This document shows positions 1 through 11,300 of a stretch of 29,199 bases of DNA, piece by piece (position 1 is the stretch's first letter; each line of letters begins with the position of its first letter). The notes under the pieces are model-generated. The model worked only from the letters and a program-made list of their open reading frames with translations, was not told the DNA's origin and made no database searches. The stretch is from Verrucomicrobiales bacterium (GTDB lineage: Bacteria > Verrucomicrobiota > Verrucomicrobiia > Verrucomicrobiales > V1-33), in contig JANOAV010000042.1 of assembly GCA_031411295.1 (NCBI GenBank), positions 1-29,199 of the forward strand. Direction: 5' to 3'. Both the position numbers and the translations under genes were made by a program.

Positions 1-3000
1 GAAACCAGCAGCGCCCCCGGCTGGCCGTTCACATCCATTTCACGAACCGGGGCGATCAAGGTGCCGTCTGGTGCCTGGGCCAGATCAAGCGTCGTCCAGC
101 GGGTGCCGGGAGGAAGGTCGCGATCCTGCCAGGTCACGCCGTTGTCTGTGGAGTAGCGGACGCCCATATACCAGCCCAGGGCATAGCAGATACCGCCGAA
201 GGAGCGCAGTTTGTAAACATCCATGAAGCTGTCTCCTGCAACTGGCCCGCGTTTGGTCCAGCCGGAAGCATCCGGGGAGGTCCAGACGATCTGTGGCCCG
301 TTAACAGGATTGGCCGACAGGGCCACCCATCCGGATCCACTCCAGACGAGAAAGCGGAAATCCGGGGCATCATTCACAAGGCCTCCCGACCAGGTTTTGC
401 CATCCGTGGAGCTCAAAAAACTGCCGTCTTCACCCAAGGCAACGAAGCGTCCATTGCCATAGCTGATAGCCTTCACGGGAGGCACATTGGGGAGATCATC
501 GACCCCATACCAGCGGCGTCCATCGTTGGACCAGCAGACGCGAGCCTTCGTGCTGTCACTGTTTTTGGTTCCGCCTGCCACGAAGACACCACCCCCGTAG
601 GCCAACTGCACCTGGTCCAGGTCTGGAAGCGCCCCCACAGAGGTCCACGTATCACCGTCCCAGGAAAGGAAGACGTTGTCACCCCAAGTGTCGGAGGTGA
701 GGAAGCGGCCTTTGCCATAAAGTAGTTCCTGAAGGCCGGTATTGCTGCCCACCGTGCCGGTGGTCCAGGTGTCCAGGGGATCGGTGACGGTCACGGTTTT
801 GGTGACGGTGTGTGTGCCACCCTTCATATCGCTGACGGTGAGCTCCAACGTGTAGGTCCCGCCGACGATCCAATTTTGGGAGATGCTGGGACTATTGTCC
901 GCCACACTGCCATCCCCGATGTTCCAGGAATAGGCCAGGATGTCTCCATTTCCATCGGTGGCGGAGACGGAGTAGGCCGCCGTGGTGCGCGCGGGGAGGG
1001 TGGAAGGGCCGCTGATGGCACTTGCGACCGGGGCGGTATTGGCCGGATAGGGGCCGAAGTTCACTCGCACATCAAGGTAGCTTTCGGCTCCCGTGCCACC
1101 GACACCCAATGGGGTGATGAAGGCATTGGTGGTGGCATCGGCAAAGGTGCGCCCGAGCGCGAGAGGGGCGTCTGTCTTCACGCCGCTGGTGGCAGGCGTG
1201 GTGTCGAGCAGGTCGCTCCGGATCTCGCCGGGGCGCTGCCACTGCAGGTAGGCACCACGTGCGAAAAAGGGGAGTTTGGCATAGGCGGCCCGGTAGCCCA
1301 CCCATATATATTGCTCGCTCCCGGGAGTGACGCTACGCGTGATGCGCACGCCCCGGGGCGTGCCCGTCGTGAACTGGTCATCCAGCCGGTAAATGCGGTA
1401 GGTGTTCGATCCGTTCACCGTGGCATCACTCCACTGCGAGGTGGTCAGCCAGTCCAGGCGCGCTTTGCCCTGCACATTGAAGTGGCCCTCAGGAGCTCTG
1501 CCCTTGCCCATGATGTCAAAGTCATCCCCATACTCGATCGATCCGCCAGTGCCGATGATGGAGCCGTCCGTGGTCTGCCAGAAATTGGAGTGGTTTAAAC
1601 CGTAGTTGTGCCCGAACTCATGGACGAACAGCGCGGTGTCGATAGACCCCCGCATCCAAAGATCGTGACCGCCGGCGATTCCTCCAGCGGTTCCGCCTCC
1701 CGCGCTGATTTCCATGGGGGGAAAGAGCATTCCCACAATATCGTAGTCCCCCACACCGGCGTCTCCGCCAGTGCCGGTTTCACTCACAGGCCCGATGTTC
1801 ACCGTGGCATCCGCGCCGTAGCGGCTGGTGCGGAAGGTGTTGCGTGCATGACGCAGGAGCTTATTATTTGTGTCACTCGTGTCGCCGTAGTATTGGGAGG
1901 ATGGCTCCGGCATCCGGTAGGTGTTGGCGCTGACCGTGCCGTTGATCCAAGTTTTGCCATAGGACATGGAGCGGATCAGGTTGGAGACGGGGCCGTTCAT
2001 TTGGGCGGCCGTCTCGGCTTGGCTGAAGGGCTCGCCCGCACGGTCGCTGAAGTCCACGCGGACGATGAAGATTTTCTTCTCACTGGTCGTCCATGCGGCT
2101 TGGTGGCTGAGGGCGACCACCCGGGCGGCGGCAAAATTAAACCCATTCGCTTTCGGTGCTGGCGAAGGGTCGTTGCCATCGGGAGGCGGAGATGCAAAAT
2201 GCAGCCCGTCCGCACCCGTGTCCGGGCCTGGCATGGCCTCGAGTTCCGCGACGAAGTCGTTCAACTGGGTTAGCTCCGCGCCGTTGGCCATGTGATACAG
2301 CTTGCCACCGCCCAAGGCCACCAGAGGCTCGCCGAAGATCGGTTCCCCGGTCACGAAACTGAGGGTCGGGTCCTGTTGGGCCATTGGAAATCTCTGCCGC
2401 GCCGGAGCGACTTCCGCCGCTTCCAAGGCTCGCAGAGCCGTGTCATTGATGGCAGCGGAAGTATCGAGCGTGATGCCCTGTGCGGGCACCGCGCGCTTGC
2501 TCATCAGTCCCCCGCGCCGGCCATAGGTGAATGCATCAAATCTAGCACCCTCCAGATCAACCTGTGAGAAATGGTCCGGCATGCCCGCAGAGGCTCCGCA
2601 GACAGGGTAGTAATTATAATGCGCGGTCTCACTGAAAGGGCGCTCCACCATCGTCTTCAATTGATCGGGCAACGCGGCGTATTCATGCAATCGCAGTGAC
2701 TCGGAGAGAGCCTGCTGCGGATTCTCCCGAATCAGGCGCGCCATGCGCGCCCGGCGCTGGGCAGCGAGTTCCTGGACTTGGTTCACGAGGGACGTGCGAT
2801 GTGATTCGTCGGCCGCTTGGTAAGTGTTCAGCCAAGTGCGGAAAGCGGAAATGGTCGCCGCATCATCCGGTAGCGGGGCCTGCTGGGCAGGCAATGCGGC
2901 TGCGGATGCCAAGGACTGCTGAGGCAAAGCGACGTTTGCGCCGCGCGCCACCGGGACCGCCGGGTTCGGTAAAGCCGAAGCCTGCGATGCAGGCATTCGA

Positions 3001-3098
3001 GGTTTTTCCCATACAACATATCCCACAATTACCAACAACAGCAAAAGAGGCGTAACGCTGGCAGTCAAGCGGCGGCGGGGAGGGCGTGGGTCAGTCAT
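1..3098 (-). CDS. Large secreted/membrane-anchored zinc metalloprotease (metzincin, peptidase M11/gametolysin-like) with PKD domain and BNR/Asp-box-like beta-propeller repeats; 3'-truncated by window edge (>1030 aa)
   Basis: Translated by hand in segments from ATG at 3098: MTDPRPPRRRLTASVTPLLLLLVIVGYVVW (basic stretch plus hydrophobic anchor). The same frame carries HEFGHNYGLNH (HExxHxxGxxH) at 1622-1590, PKD-like YSVSATDGNGDILAYSWNIGDG...GTYTLELTVSDMKGG (~975-820), and repeated SxDGxTW motifs (SWDGDTW, SNDGRRW, STDGKTW, STDNGVTW). Absence from the ORF track is consistent with no stop inside the window. Confidence 0.88.
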   Translation of the reverse strand, partial: MTDPRPPRRRLTASVTPLLLLLVIVGYVVWEKPRMPASQASALPNPAVPVARGANVALPQQSLASAAALPAQQAPLPDDAATISAFRTWLNTYQAADESHRTSLVNQVQELAAQRRARMARLIRENPQQALSESLRLHEYAALPDQLKTMVERPFSETAHYNYYPVCGASAGMPDHFSQVDLEGARFDAFTYGRRGGLMSKRAVPAQGITLDTSAAINDTALRALEAAEVAPARQRFPMAQQDPTLSFVTGEPIFGEPLVALGGGKLYHMANGAELTQLNDFVAELEAMPGPDTGADGLHFASPPPDGNDPSPAPKANGFNFAAARVVALSHQAAWTTSEKKIFIVRVDFSDRAGEPFSQAETAAQMNGPVSNLIRSMSYGKTWINGTVSANTYRMPEPSSQYYGDTSDTNNKLLRHARNTFRTSRYGADATVNIGPVSETGTGGDAGVGDYDIVGMLFPPMEISAGGGTAGGIAGGHDLWMRGSIDTALFVHEFGHNYGLNHSNFWQTTDGSIIGTGGSIEYGDDFDIMGKGRAPEGHFNVQGKARLDWLTTSQWSDATVNGSNTYRIYRLDDQFTTGTPRGVRITRSVTPGSEQYIWVGYRAAYAKLPFFARGAYLQWQRPGEIRSDLLDTTPATSGVKTDAPLALGRTFADATTNAFITPLGVGGTGAESYLDVRVNFGPYPANTAPVASAISGPSTLPARTTAAYSVSATDGNGDILAYSWNIGDGSVADNSPSISQNWIVGGTYTLELTVSDMKGGTHTVTKTVTVTDPLDTWTTGTVGSNTGLQELLYGKGRFLTSDTWGDNVFLSWDGDTWTSVGALPDLDQVQLAYGGGVFVAGGTKNSDSTKARVCWSNDGRRWYGVDDLPNVPPVKAISYGNGRFVALGEDGSFLSSTDGKTWSGGLVNDAPDFRFLVWSGSGWVALSANPVNGPQIVWTSPDASGWTKRGPVAGDSFMDVYKLRSFGGICYALGWYMGVRYSTDNGVTWQDRDLPPGTRWTTLDLAQAPDGTLIAPVREMDVNGQPGALLV

Positions 3099-3399
3099 GG
3101 GTGATGGGTTTTCCGGGATTAGGAGAGGGAGGATAAAAGCCATGCGGAAGCAATTCAATATCGTGATGCATGGAAATCGTTTTTTACGGGGCGCGTCCTG
3201 GGCGGAATATGGGGCTGAGGGGGAATCGTAGAGAAAGGTTGTGGAAGGCCGATACCTTCGGTTAGGAAGCTGAAATGCCCCAAATGCGTCTAACTGAGAC
3301 TTCTGCTTTGGAGGGCGGGAGGAATGATGAAACCACAGATTAAGGAATTACAAATCGCTCGACCATATCTATTCTGGGCATCTTGCAAACCAAATTTTA

Positions 3400-3741
3400 G
3401 TGACGGATTTTGCGCTGTGCCTACAGGTTTTCAGTCGTTCGCTGGACCATGACATGCTCTCTGGGCGCACCGCTACCCTCAAAGCCATGCGCGGGAGCGA
3501 TTGGTCGTCTGCGGTCGTCTGCGGTTTCGGGGCGCGAATTCCGGCCTATGCCTGCGGAAACTTTTGGCCAGTCAAGTCGGCGCACATTCGGAAACTACCC
3601 AACGTCGAGAAATTCCGGTCTGAATTCTTAGCAGAGTGGGTAGAACCTGATTGCCCGCATTGGGTTTCTAACCGTCACGCCACAGAAATGTGTGTTGGTG
3701 CCGTGCCGTCGAAAGCTCCAGCTCTGATTGAGCCGGATTGA
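3400..3741 (+). pseudogene. Probable decayed gene remnant upstream of the glycosyltransferase
   Basis: ORF contains YACGNFWPVKSAHIRKLP...NRHATEMCVG. From memory this resembles a GNFWW..S..IR.LP...R..AE.W motif of uncharacterised glycosyltransferase-associated proteins, with Trp positions lost. No convincing start; neighbours are also disrupted. Confidence 0.3.
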
Positions 3742-3807
3742 AATTGGCTCAGGCGATGCGTTCGCCCGGAATCCAGCAATACAAGACTACGCCACCATTC
3801 ACGGATC

Positions 3808-4448
3808 ATGAAGTTGACCGTGAACATCATCAGTTTCCGGTATGGTCACTTGGTGGCAAATGCGGTCGAATCTGTCTTGGCTCAAACTCGGCAAGCGGGT
3901 GTTACACTGCGCGTGTTTGATGATGGAGTTGGGGACTGCCCCCAATCGCAAGGATTTACCCAGATGTGGATTTGGTGGAGCGTTCGACCAATCTGGGACA
4001 AGTTGCTAGTATGCAGGATGCGCTGGACAAACTTCCCACGGATCGATGTATAAACCTTGGGGCCGATAACTGGCTGCGGCCCGACAAATTGGACCGGTTA
4101 CTGAGTCGGCCCGACGATATTGTCAGTTACGACATCTGCATTACTGGCGAGAAGGTGACGGCAGGAGCATTTGCCTCCCGAGTCGGTGCAGTCCGCTTTC
4201 CAAGCGGGTATTACGTGTGGGAATTCAAGAAACGGGACATCAATCAAAGCAACTACATCCACGGATCTTCCATGTTCTCGACTGCATTCGCCAAAAGTTT
4301 CGGCTGCCCAGAATCAGGACGTGGCAATTTCCTAAAAGAGGAGGATTGGGCCATGTGGCGTTCCATGCTGAAGGCAGGAGCGACTCAATTCCACATCAAG
4401 GAGCCGATGTCTTACTACCGCAGACACCGCGAGAACTTCAATCCTTGA
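3808..4448 (+). pseudogene. Family 2 glycosyltransferase split by a single frameshift
   Basis: ORF 3808 encodes the GT2 N-terminus (LTVNIISFRYGHLVANAVESVLAQT...VFDDG). ORF 3966 continues with NLG, LGADN (DxD-like), EEDW and YYRRH. Adding one C to the C5 run at 3939-3943 gives ...DDGVGDCPPIARIYPDVDLVER..., a continuous ~213-aa protein. Confidence 0.85.
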
Positions 4449-4932
4449 CCGCTCGGCCAACGAGCTTGTGACCACCGTAGTCATTCCCTGCGTAGGTGAG
4501 GCCAGCCGAATTGAACGCAAGCACAGCTTGGCGGCCATCGGCGGCTTTCACCAATGTGACCTTACCGTCGGCGACAGACCATTTGAACAGATTGCCGGAT
4601 GCGTAGTGAACTCCGGTGCCATCAGGTTTGAAGGAGAACTTGGCCTTTTCGGTTTCGGTCTCCCATGTCCAGTCAGTAGAGCATAAGCGCATCCCAGCGC
4701 GCTCCCCCGATATCGCAGCCGCAGCCTCGCTCTTACCTGCTGCCAGAAATGCCTTCTCTTTCCTCGCAAGCTCCCTAGCCAGCCAGTCCTTCACCGGGCG
4801 CACTGCAACAGCCTCTCAGCGTGCGTATTCAGCCTTCAACGTGGCGATTTCTTCCTCTGGCGTGGGCAGGCCAGCCAAGGCGAGCGAAGGAAGGAGACAG
4901 AATAGTGCCAGGATTTTAATAGGGTGCAGCAT
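4438..4932 (-). pseudogene. Small exported hypothetical protein interrupted by an in-frame TGA
   Basis: ATG at 4932 gives signal peptide MLHPIKILALFCLLPSLALA, then GLPTPEEEIATLKAEYAR*(TGA at 4818-4816)EAVAVRPVKDWL..., in frame with listed ORF 4438-4803; ~164 aa if read through. Confidence 0.7.
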
Positions 4933-5311
4933 ACCGGACCATTTTCTTGGCGTCAAGAAAATGGTCAGCGTCATCCGGCCTACATTTGAGCAATACGAGT
5001 AATCGCAAGGGTTCGGTCAGGACAACGCGGGACTTCCCCTGCAAATACACCTCCGTGCTTTAAATCGTCGCTCGAATCCGATTTTCGGGACGCGAATTGA
5101 CTTGAGAACTCGCCTCGGGATTTTGCCTGAACTGGCGCGATGGCATATGCGGCATCATCGCATCGGGCGGAGCAACCATAACCAGCTCGACCTGGCCTCC
5201 CATTCCCCTAGGGAAACCACTACCAATCATCCGAACGGCTTGGTTCCACAGATTCTAAGTTGACTACCCTTCCTTGCTTTTCATTGTGCTAAAGCGACTA
5301 CCGACACGGGG

Positions 5312-8300
5312 ATGACGACTCCGCCCCCGCCTCCCCCGCCGATGCCAACGACCACCAAAGTGCTACCGAAATTCGAACCTCAGCTAAGTTTACCGCCGCT
5401 CCAAGAGGGCATGTTACTTCAGGGAATGCAAAATCCCGATCAAGGGGTGTATCTCCAGCAACTGGTGATTCGGATAGCGCGCCCCCTTCAGACAGGTATC
5501 CTTCGCAGTGCTTTGGACATTTTACTGGCTCGACACGCGGCCCTGCGGAGTGCTTTTGTTTTCACTGAGAGCGCGCGGGCGATTTGGCAGTTGCAGGCTC
5601 AGGCCTCAATGCCCATGCAGGAGGAAGACCTCTCCCTGCTGGACCCGGGGAGCCAAGAAGCTCGGCTGGAGGAGTTCCTGAGAGAGGATCGGGCGAGGGA
5701 GTTTGGGCTTGATGAGGTGCCCCTAATGCGAGTGACGCTCTTTAGACTGGGAGAAAGGAATCATTGCCTCGTCTGGACTTCGCATCATGCCATCCTGGAT
5801 GGGCGCTCCCGCGTGATTTTGCTGCAGGAACTGTGGGCCCTGGAGGCTGCGCTCTCCGCCGGGAAATCCCCGGCTTTGGATCCGCCCCCGGACTATACCA
5901 AGTATCTTGCTTGGCGGCAACGGCAGTTACCATGTCAGTCGCGCAGTTTTTGGCAATCCCAGCTGGAGGGCATGGTTACGGCCTCCGTGATGCCCCGCTC
6001 CATCGCTCCCGCCGCCCACACTTGGGGCTGCCGTAGATTGGACTTGGACGAGTCCACGACCGCACGCCTGCGGCAGTTGACGCAGCGTGAAGGAGTGACC
6101 ATAAACATCTTCCTGCAGGCAGCTTGGGCTATTTTTCTTAGTCGGCATACGGGAAGCGAAGACGTTCTGTTCGGGGCCACGCGGGCCTGCCGACACTTGG
6201 AGGGCGTCACCACCCAAGGGTTGGTGGGGCTGTTGATCAACACGGTGCCGATTCGCGCCAAGCCACAGCGGGATTTGCTATTGCGAGATTTTCTGCGCGA
6301 CCTCCAGCAGCAATGGATGACCCTGCGGGAGCAGGAACACGCTCCGCTGGAGCGCATTCACGAGTGGTGCCGCTTTGATGCCGCAAGTCCGCTCTTTCAT
6401 TCAATCGTGGTCTTTGAACGGGGCACGCTCCACGAGTTGGTCTCGCCAGGCGATACCTCCTGGACCTGCGAACTACATCAACGCACCGGCGTTCCGCTCA
6501 TGCTTTCGGCGTTCGACGGGAAATCGCTGCGGCTTGAGTTGCATCATGATGGCGCGGGCTACGGTGCGGAGGAGGGGGAGCATTTCCTCGGCCTATTGAA
6601 GCAGTTAATCTTCAGCATGCTTGATGGCATGGATCGGCCCATTCGCATGCTTTCCCTGCTTTCACCGGAGGAGCGCCAGCGCGTCGTGGTCACCTGGAAT
6701 CAAACCTCCACTTCGTATCCCGCCCAAACGCGGGTGGAGGAAATGTTCGCCATCCAGGCACGGCTCACCCCGCAAGCCATCGCCCTCATCCATCAGGACA
6801 CGAGCATCAGTTATGAAGCCCTGAATGCGCAAGCGGAGGCGCTGTGCGCTCGCTTGTTAGGTGAAGGATTGAAGCCTGGAGAGCGGGTGGCGGTCGCCTT
6901 GGAGCGATCTCCAGATTTGATCATTGCGATGCTGGCAATTCTCAAGGCCGGCTGCGCCTATGTGCCCATGGAAATGAACTCCCCCAGGAGTCGCGCTCAG
7001 GCCATTTTGCGACAAGTCCGACCCTCACTGCTCTTGCTCCATGGTGCGCAGACAATTCCTTGGATCGAGGAGTCAGCGGGCCTCAAGCTAATTGATTTAG
7101 CCAGTAATCTTGGCGTAGCGCAGTCCTTGCCCAGGGGCAACGTTACCGGCCGGGTGCACGAGGCGGCTTACATCATGTTCACCTCTGGTTCCACCGGCGT
7201 GCCCAAGGGGGTGATTGTCCCCCATCGCGCCATTGTGCGGTTGGTAAAAGATACGAACTACTACAAAATTTCAGCCACTGATGTCATCGGCCATCTTTCC
7301 AACCCTGCCTTCGATGCCAGCACGTTCGAGGTCTGGGGCGCGCTGCTCAATGGCGGAGCCGTCTCCATCATTGAATCGGAGGTCGCCCTGTCCCCCACTG
7401 AACTTCGGGGAAAAATTACCACCGACCGGATAACCGCACTCTGGCTCACCACTGCTCTTTTCAATGAATTTGCTCGCGAGCAACCGGACATCTTCCGCAA
7501 CCTCCGTTACCTGCTCACGGGCGGGGAAAAAGTTTCGCCCACGGCCTTCGCTGAAGTGGCCAAAGCTTGCCCTGAGTTGCAGCTCATTAATGGCTATGGC
7601 CCCACGGAAACCACGACCTTCGCCACCACGTTTCCCTACGATCCTGATCAAGCCATGGGGGAATCGATCCCCATCGGCCGCCCGATTGCTAACACCACCA
7701 TTTACCTGCTCGACGAACGCGGGGAACCGGTTCCCATCGGGGTTCCAGGCGAAATCCACATCGGCGGACCGGGCGTTGCCTTGGGCTATTTCGATGATCC
7801 TGCACTGACTAAACAACGCTTCCTCCCGGACCCCTTTGATCCCGGACCGAATCGCATGCTTTATCGCAGTGGTGATCTCGGCAGGTTCCTGAGGGATGGC
7901 AATATTGAATTTCTTGGTCGGGCGGACCAGCAGTTAAAGTTGCGCGGCTTCCGGATCGAACCTGCCGAAATCGAAAAAGCCATGACCGCTCTGGAGGACA
8001 TCTCAGCCAGCGCAGTTCTGGGTCGTTTCGAACAGGGGACCTGCGTTGGCCTCTCCGCGTTTGTCATCCTCAATCGCCCCGCTGCCGCGCGCGAAGATCA
8101 AAAGATAGCGGCCCGCCTAACATCCTCGCTTCCGTCCTACCTGGTGCCGGATTGCATCACGATCCTGGATCGGCTCCCCATCAACGCGAATGGCAAAGTG
8201 GATCGCGCAGCGCTGGCGGAATTAGCTGTTAGCGCAGCCCCGACCAATCCCGCAGTCGATTTCAAGCTCACCAAAACGCAGTCAGTTCTGAGGGACATTT

Positions 8301-11300
8301 GGCGTGAGCTATTGGAAAGAGATCAAATCGGTCTGGACGACAATTTCTTCGCCTTGGGCGGCCATTCACTCCGTGCTGTCCGGTGCCTGTTGCAAGTGCA
8401 CCGGAAACTCGGGGTTTCCCTGCCCATCATCACGCTTTTTGAGTTCCCTACGATCCGAGGACTGGCAGGGCAAATTGAGACGCTACCAGCGGAGTCAGCT
8501 CCCTCTCAGAGGTTGGGGACAACCGAGAAGACGGATGCCGCAATGCGCCCAGCGACGGATGCCGAGCGGTTTATTTGGAATTACAGCAACGAGACTCATC
8601 CTCCAGAGATTGTAAATATTTCACGCGCCATCAGGATTACTGGGGCTTTGCAAGCCGAACTGCTGGAAGCGAGTTTCCAGCAAATGCTCCTCCGGCACAC
8701 GTCCCTGCGGACGCGATTTACCAGCGCTTCCGGCAACGTGACGGCGGAACTCATCGCAGCTCCTAACTTCTCGTTACCGGTGGACGATCTCACACTCCTC
8801 CCACCTCAAGAAAGGGCAGCGTGCGGACACGCAGCTTTCGTCGAGAACACTTGCCGCCCCTTTGATCTCGCCAGCAGCGTGCTCCTGCGCGCCCGTCTCC
8901 TGAAGTTCGATGACGAGGATTTCCTGCTCCTGGTAGCGGTGCACCACATCGCGGTGGACGGTTGGTCACTGGAAATCCTGAGACGCGATCTCTTCGTCAC
9001 TTACGAATCCTTAGTCAACGCAGTGCCGAACCCGCTGCCACCACTTCTCCTAACCCATGGTTCCCTCGCCCTGAGCCAAAAGCACCGGTCCGCCGCTGCC
9101 CTCGAGCGACAATTGGCCACATGGAAGCAGCGCCTCGCAGCGCCCTTGCCCTCGCTGGATCGGTTATTTCGCCAGTCGCCCGCGCCCGCCGGGCAAGCGG
9201 AGCCTCCCTACTGGGCCGCGGACGCTAGACTCACATCAACCCAGACCCAAGCGCTCAAATGCCTGGCCCAAAAGCACGAGACCACACTCTTTGTCCTGCT
9301 GCTGGCCATCTATGACTTATTGCTTGCCGGGCGGACCGGGAACGGAGATGTCATCGTGGGCACCACGCTGACAGGACGTCATCAGCTTGGTGCTGAAGAT
9401 CTCGTCGGCACCTTTGTTCAGCACGTTCCCATCAGAGTAAATTTGGCGGGATGCACGCATTTCAAGGAAGTCCTGCAAAGGGTCAAGCATTCAACGAACT
9501 TAGCCCATGAAGGCGATCCAGTGCCCTTGGAGAAACTGGCTGCGCTGGTTCCGGGCCGCAATCCAATGCGGCGCAATCCGATCTTTGACACCACCTTGAA
9601 TTACTATGCGGAAGATCCCACCTACGATTTCTGTCCGACCGGATTGAAGCTCACTGTGTTGCCAACTCCTGTGCCCAGCGCCAAGCTGCCATTGGGATTC
9701 TACTCCCTGCTGAAGCCCGAAGGCCTCAGACTGAGAATGTGCTCGCAATCCGAATTCTTTACGCAGGAACAAACCGACCAATTACTGGAGCAGTTCGTGC
9801 AGCTCTTGAACCAAGTTATCACAAATCCTGACCTGCGGTTGGCGGCCTCCCTCCGCCCGCCGAGTGACGACCCTGCAAGCGAACCCGCATCGAGCCAGCC
9901 GTTCACGGCAACCCAAGCCATCCTGCATGAGATCTGGTCCGACGTGCTCGCAGTTCCAGAGATTGACTTGGACGACAATTTCTTCGCCTTGGGCGGCCAT
10001 TCAATCCGTGCCGTCCGGTGCCTGTTGCAGGTGGACCGGAAACTCGGGGTTTCCCTTCCCATGATCGCGCTCTTTGAGTCCCCTACGATCCGAAGACTGG
10101 CGGAACAAATCGCAGCCGCAGCCACGCCGTCATCTGAATTGTCACCAATGACCGCAGACCAAGCCGCACCAGATGAGGCCCGCCCTACCACCCCAGCGGA
10201 ACAACGATTTCTCGACCACCTTTCCAATCGCGCGCATCCTGAGGATATGATCATTTCCCGGGGCTTCCGCATCCGGGGCCCCTTGAGGACGGACCTGTTG
10301 GAGCAAAGTTTTGCGCTCGTGGTTCGTCGGCATGCGCCCCTGCGGACGAAATTCATCGCGGAACCAGACCAGTCCTTGGCACGGCCGATGCCGACTTCAG
10401 AAATTCCGCTTCCGATTGTGGATTTCACCCATCTAAAGCCCGCTGAGCAAGAGGCGCTGGGGCAGGAAGCCCTGTTGGAAAATTCCCGTCAACTATTTAA
10501 TCTAGCGACCGACCTGCCGCTGCGTCTCCGCATGCTAAAATTTGGCGCGGAGGACCATCTCCTGTTGCTCGCGTTGCACCACATCGTGGCGGATGGTTGG
10601 TCCCTGGATCTTCTGCGGCGGGATCTGCTCAAAGCTTATCAAGCCTTGCTGGCGGGACAGACCGATCCTCTGCCACCGCTACCCATTACCTTTGGCATGA
10701 TTGCCGAGCAGGAACGAAACCGGGCTCCAGACGCATTCAATCACCGCATTGCCATCTGGCAGCGGCGGCTAACATTGCCGCTCCCCAGCATTGATACGCT
10801 GTTCAGAAAACAACCCGCCCAACTTGATCCAACCGAGGAGCCATTCCCGGCGGCAACCCTGCTGCTGCCAGTGGAGCAGTCTCAAGCCATCGCTGCTCTG
10901 GCCCGAGCGCACCAGACCAGCGTCTTCATGGTGTTGCTCTCAGCCTATAAATTGCTCCTCGCCCGTCTGACTGGAAATCCAGATGTCATGGTGGGCACGG
11001 TGGTGGCCGGGCGGATCGCTCCGGGAGCCGCCGATGTCATCGGCACGTTCGCGCAAAACCGCCCCCTCAGAACGGATCTGACGAGCTGCGATCGGTTCGA
11101 GGAAATCCTCCAACGTGTGGGGATCACCATGCGCGAGGCCCTCGAGGACGAGGACCTGCCCTTCGGCAGCATCGCAGCCTTGGTGCCACCTAGGGTGCCG
11201 CCGCGGTCCAATCCGATTTTTGACACCACGTATAGTCATTACTCCGATGCCCCAGAGGCATCCCAAACTCCTCCCGGCCTCAGCCTCTCCGTGATGGAGA

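Noticed and set aside
810..3055. Plus-strand ORFs of 262, 221 and 119 aa and others
   Set aside because: Antisense to the metalloprotease gene; no recognisable motifs.
4816..4818. Selenocysteine or TGA recoding at the in-frame stop
   Set aside because: No Cys/redox context, and TGA acts as a normal stop elsewhere in the window.
4616..5002. 128-aa plus-strand ORF
   Set aside because: Antisense to the signal-peptide-bearing minus-strand gene, which is the better-supported reading.
5312..5345. Poly-proline N-terminus MTTPPPPPPP of the NRPS as a stalling/regulatory element
   Set aside because: A second ATG at 5342 is an equally plausible start, so the tract may not be translated.
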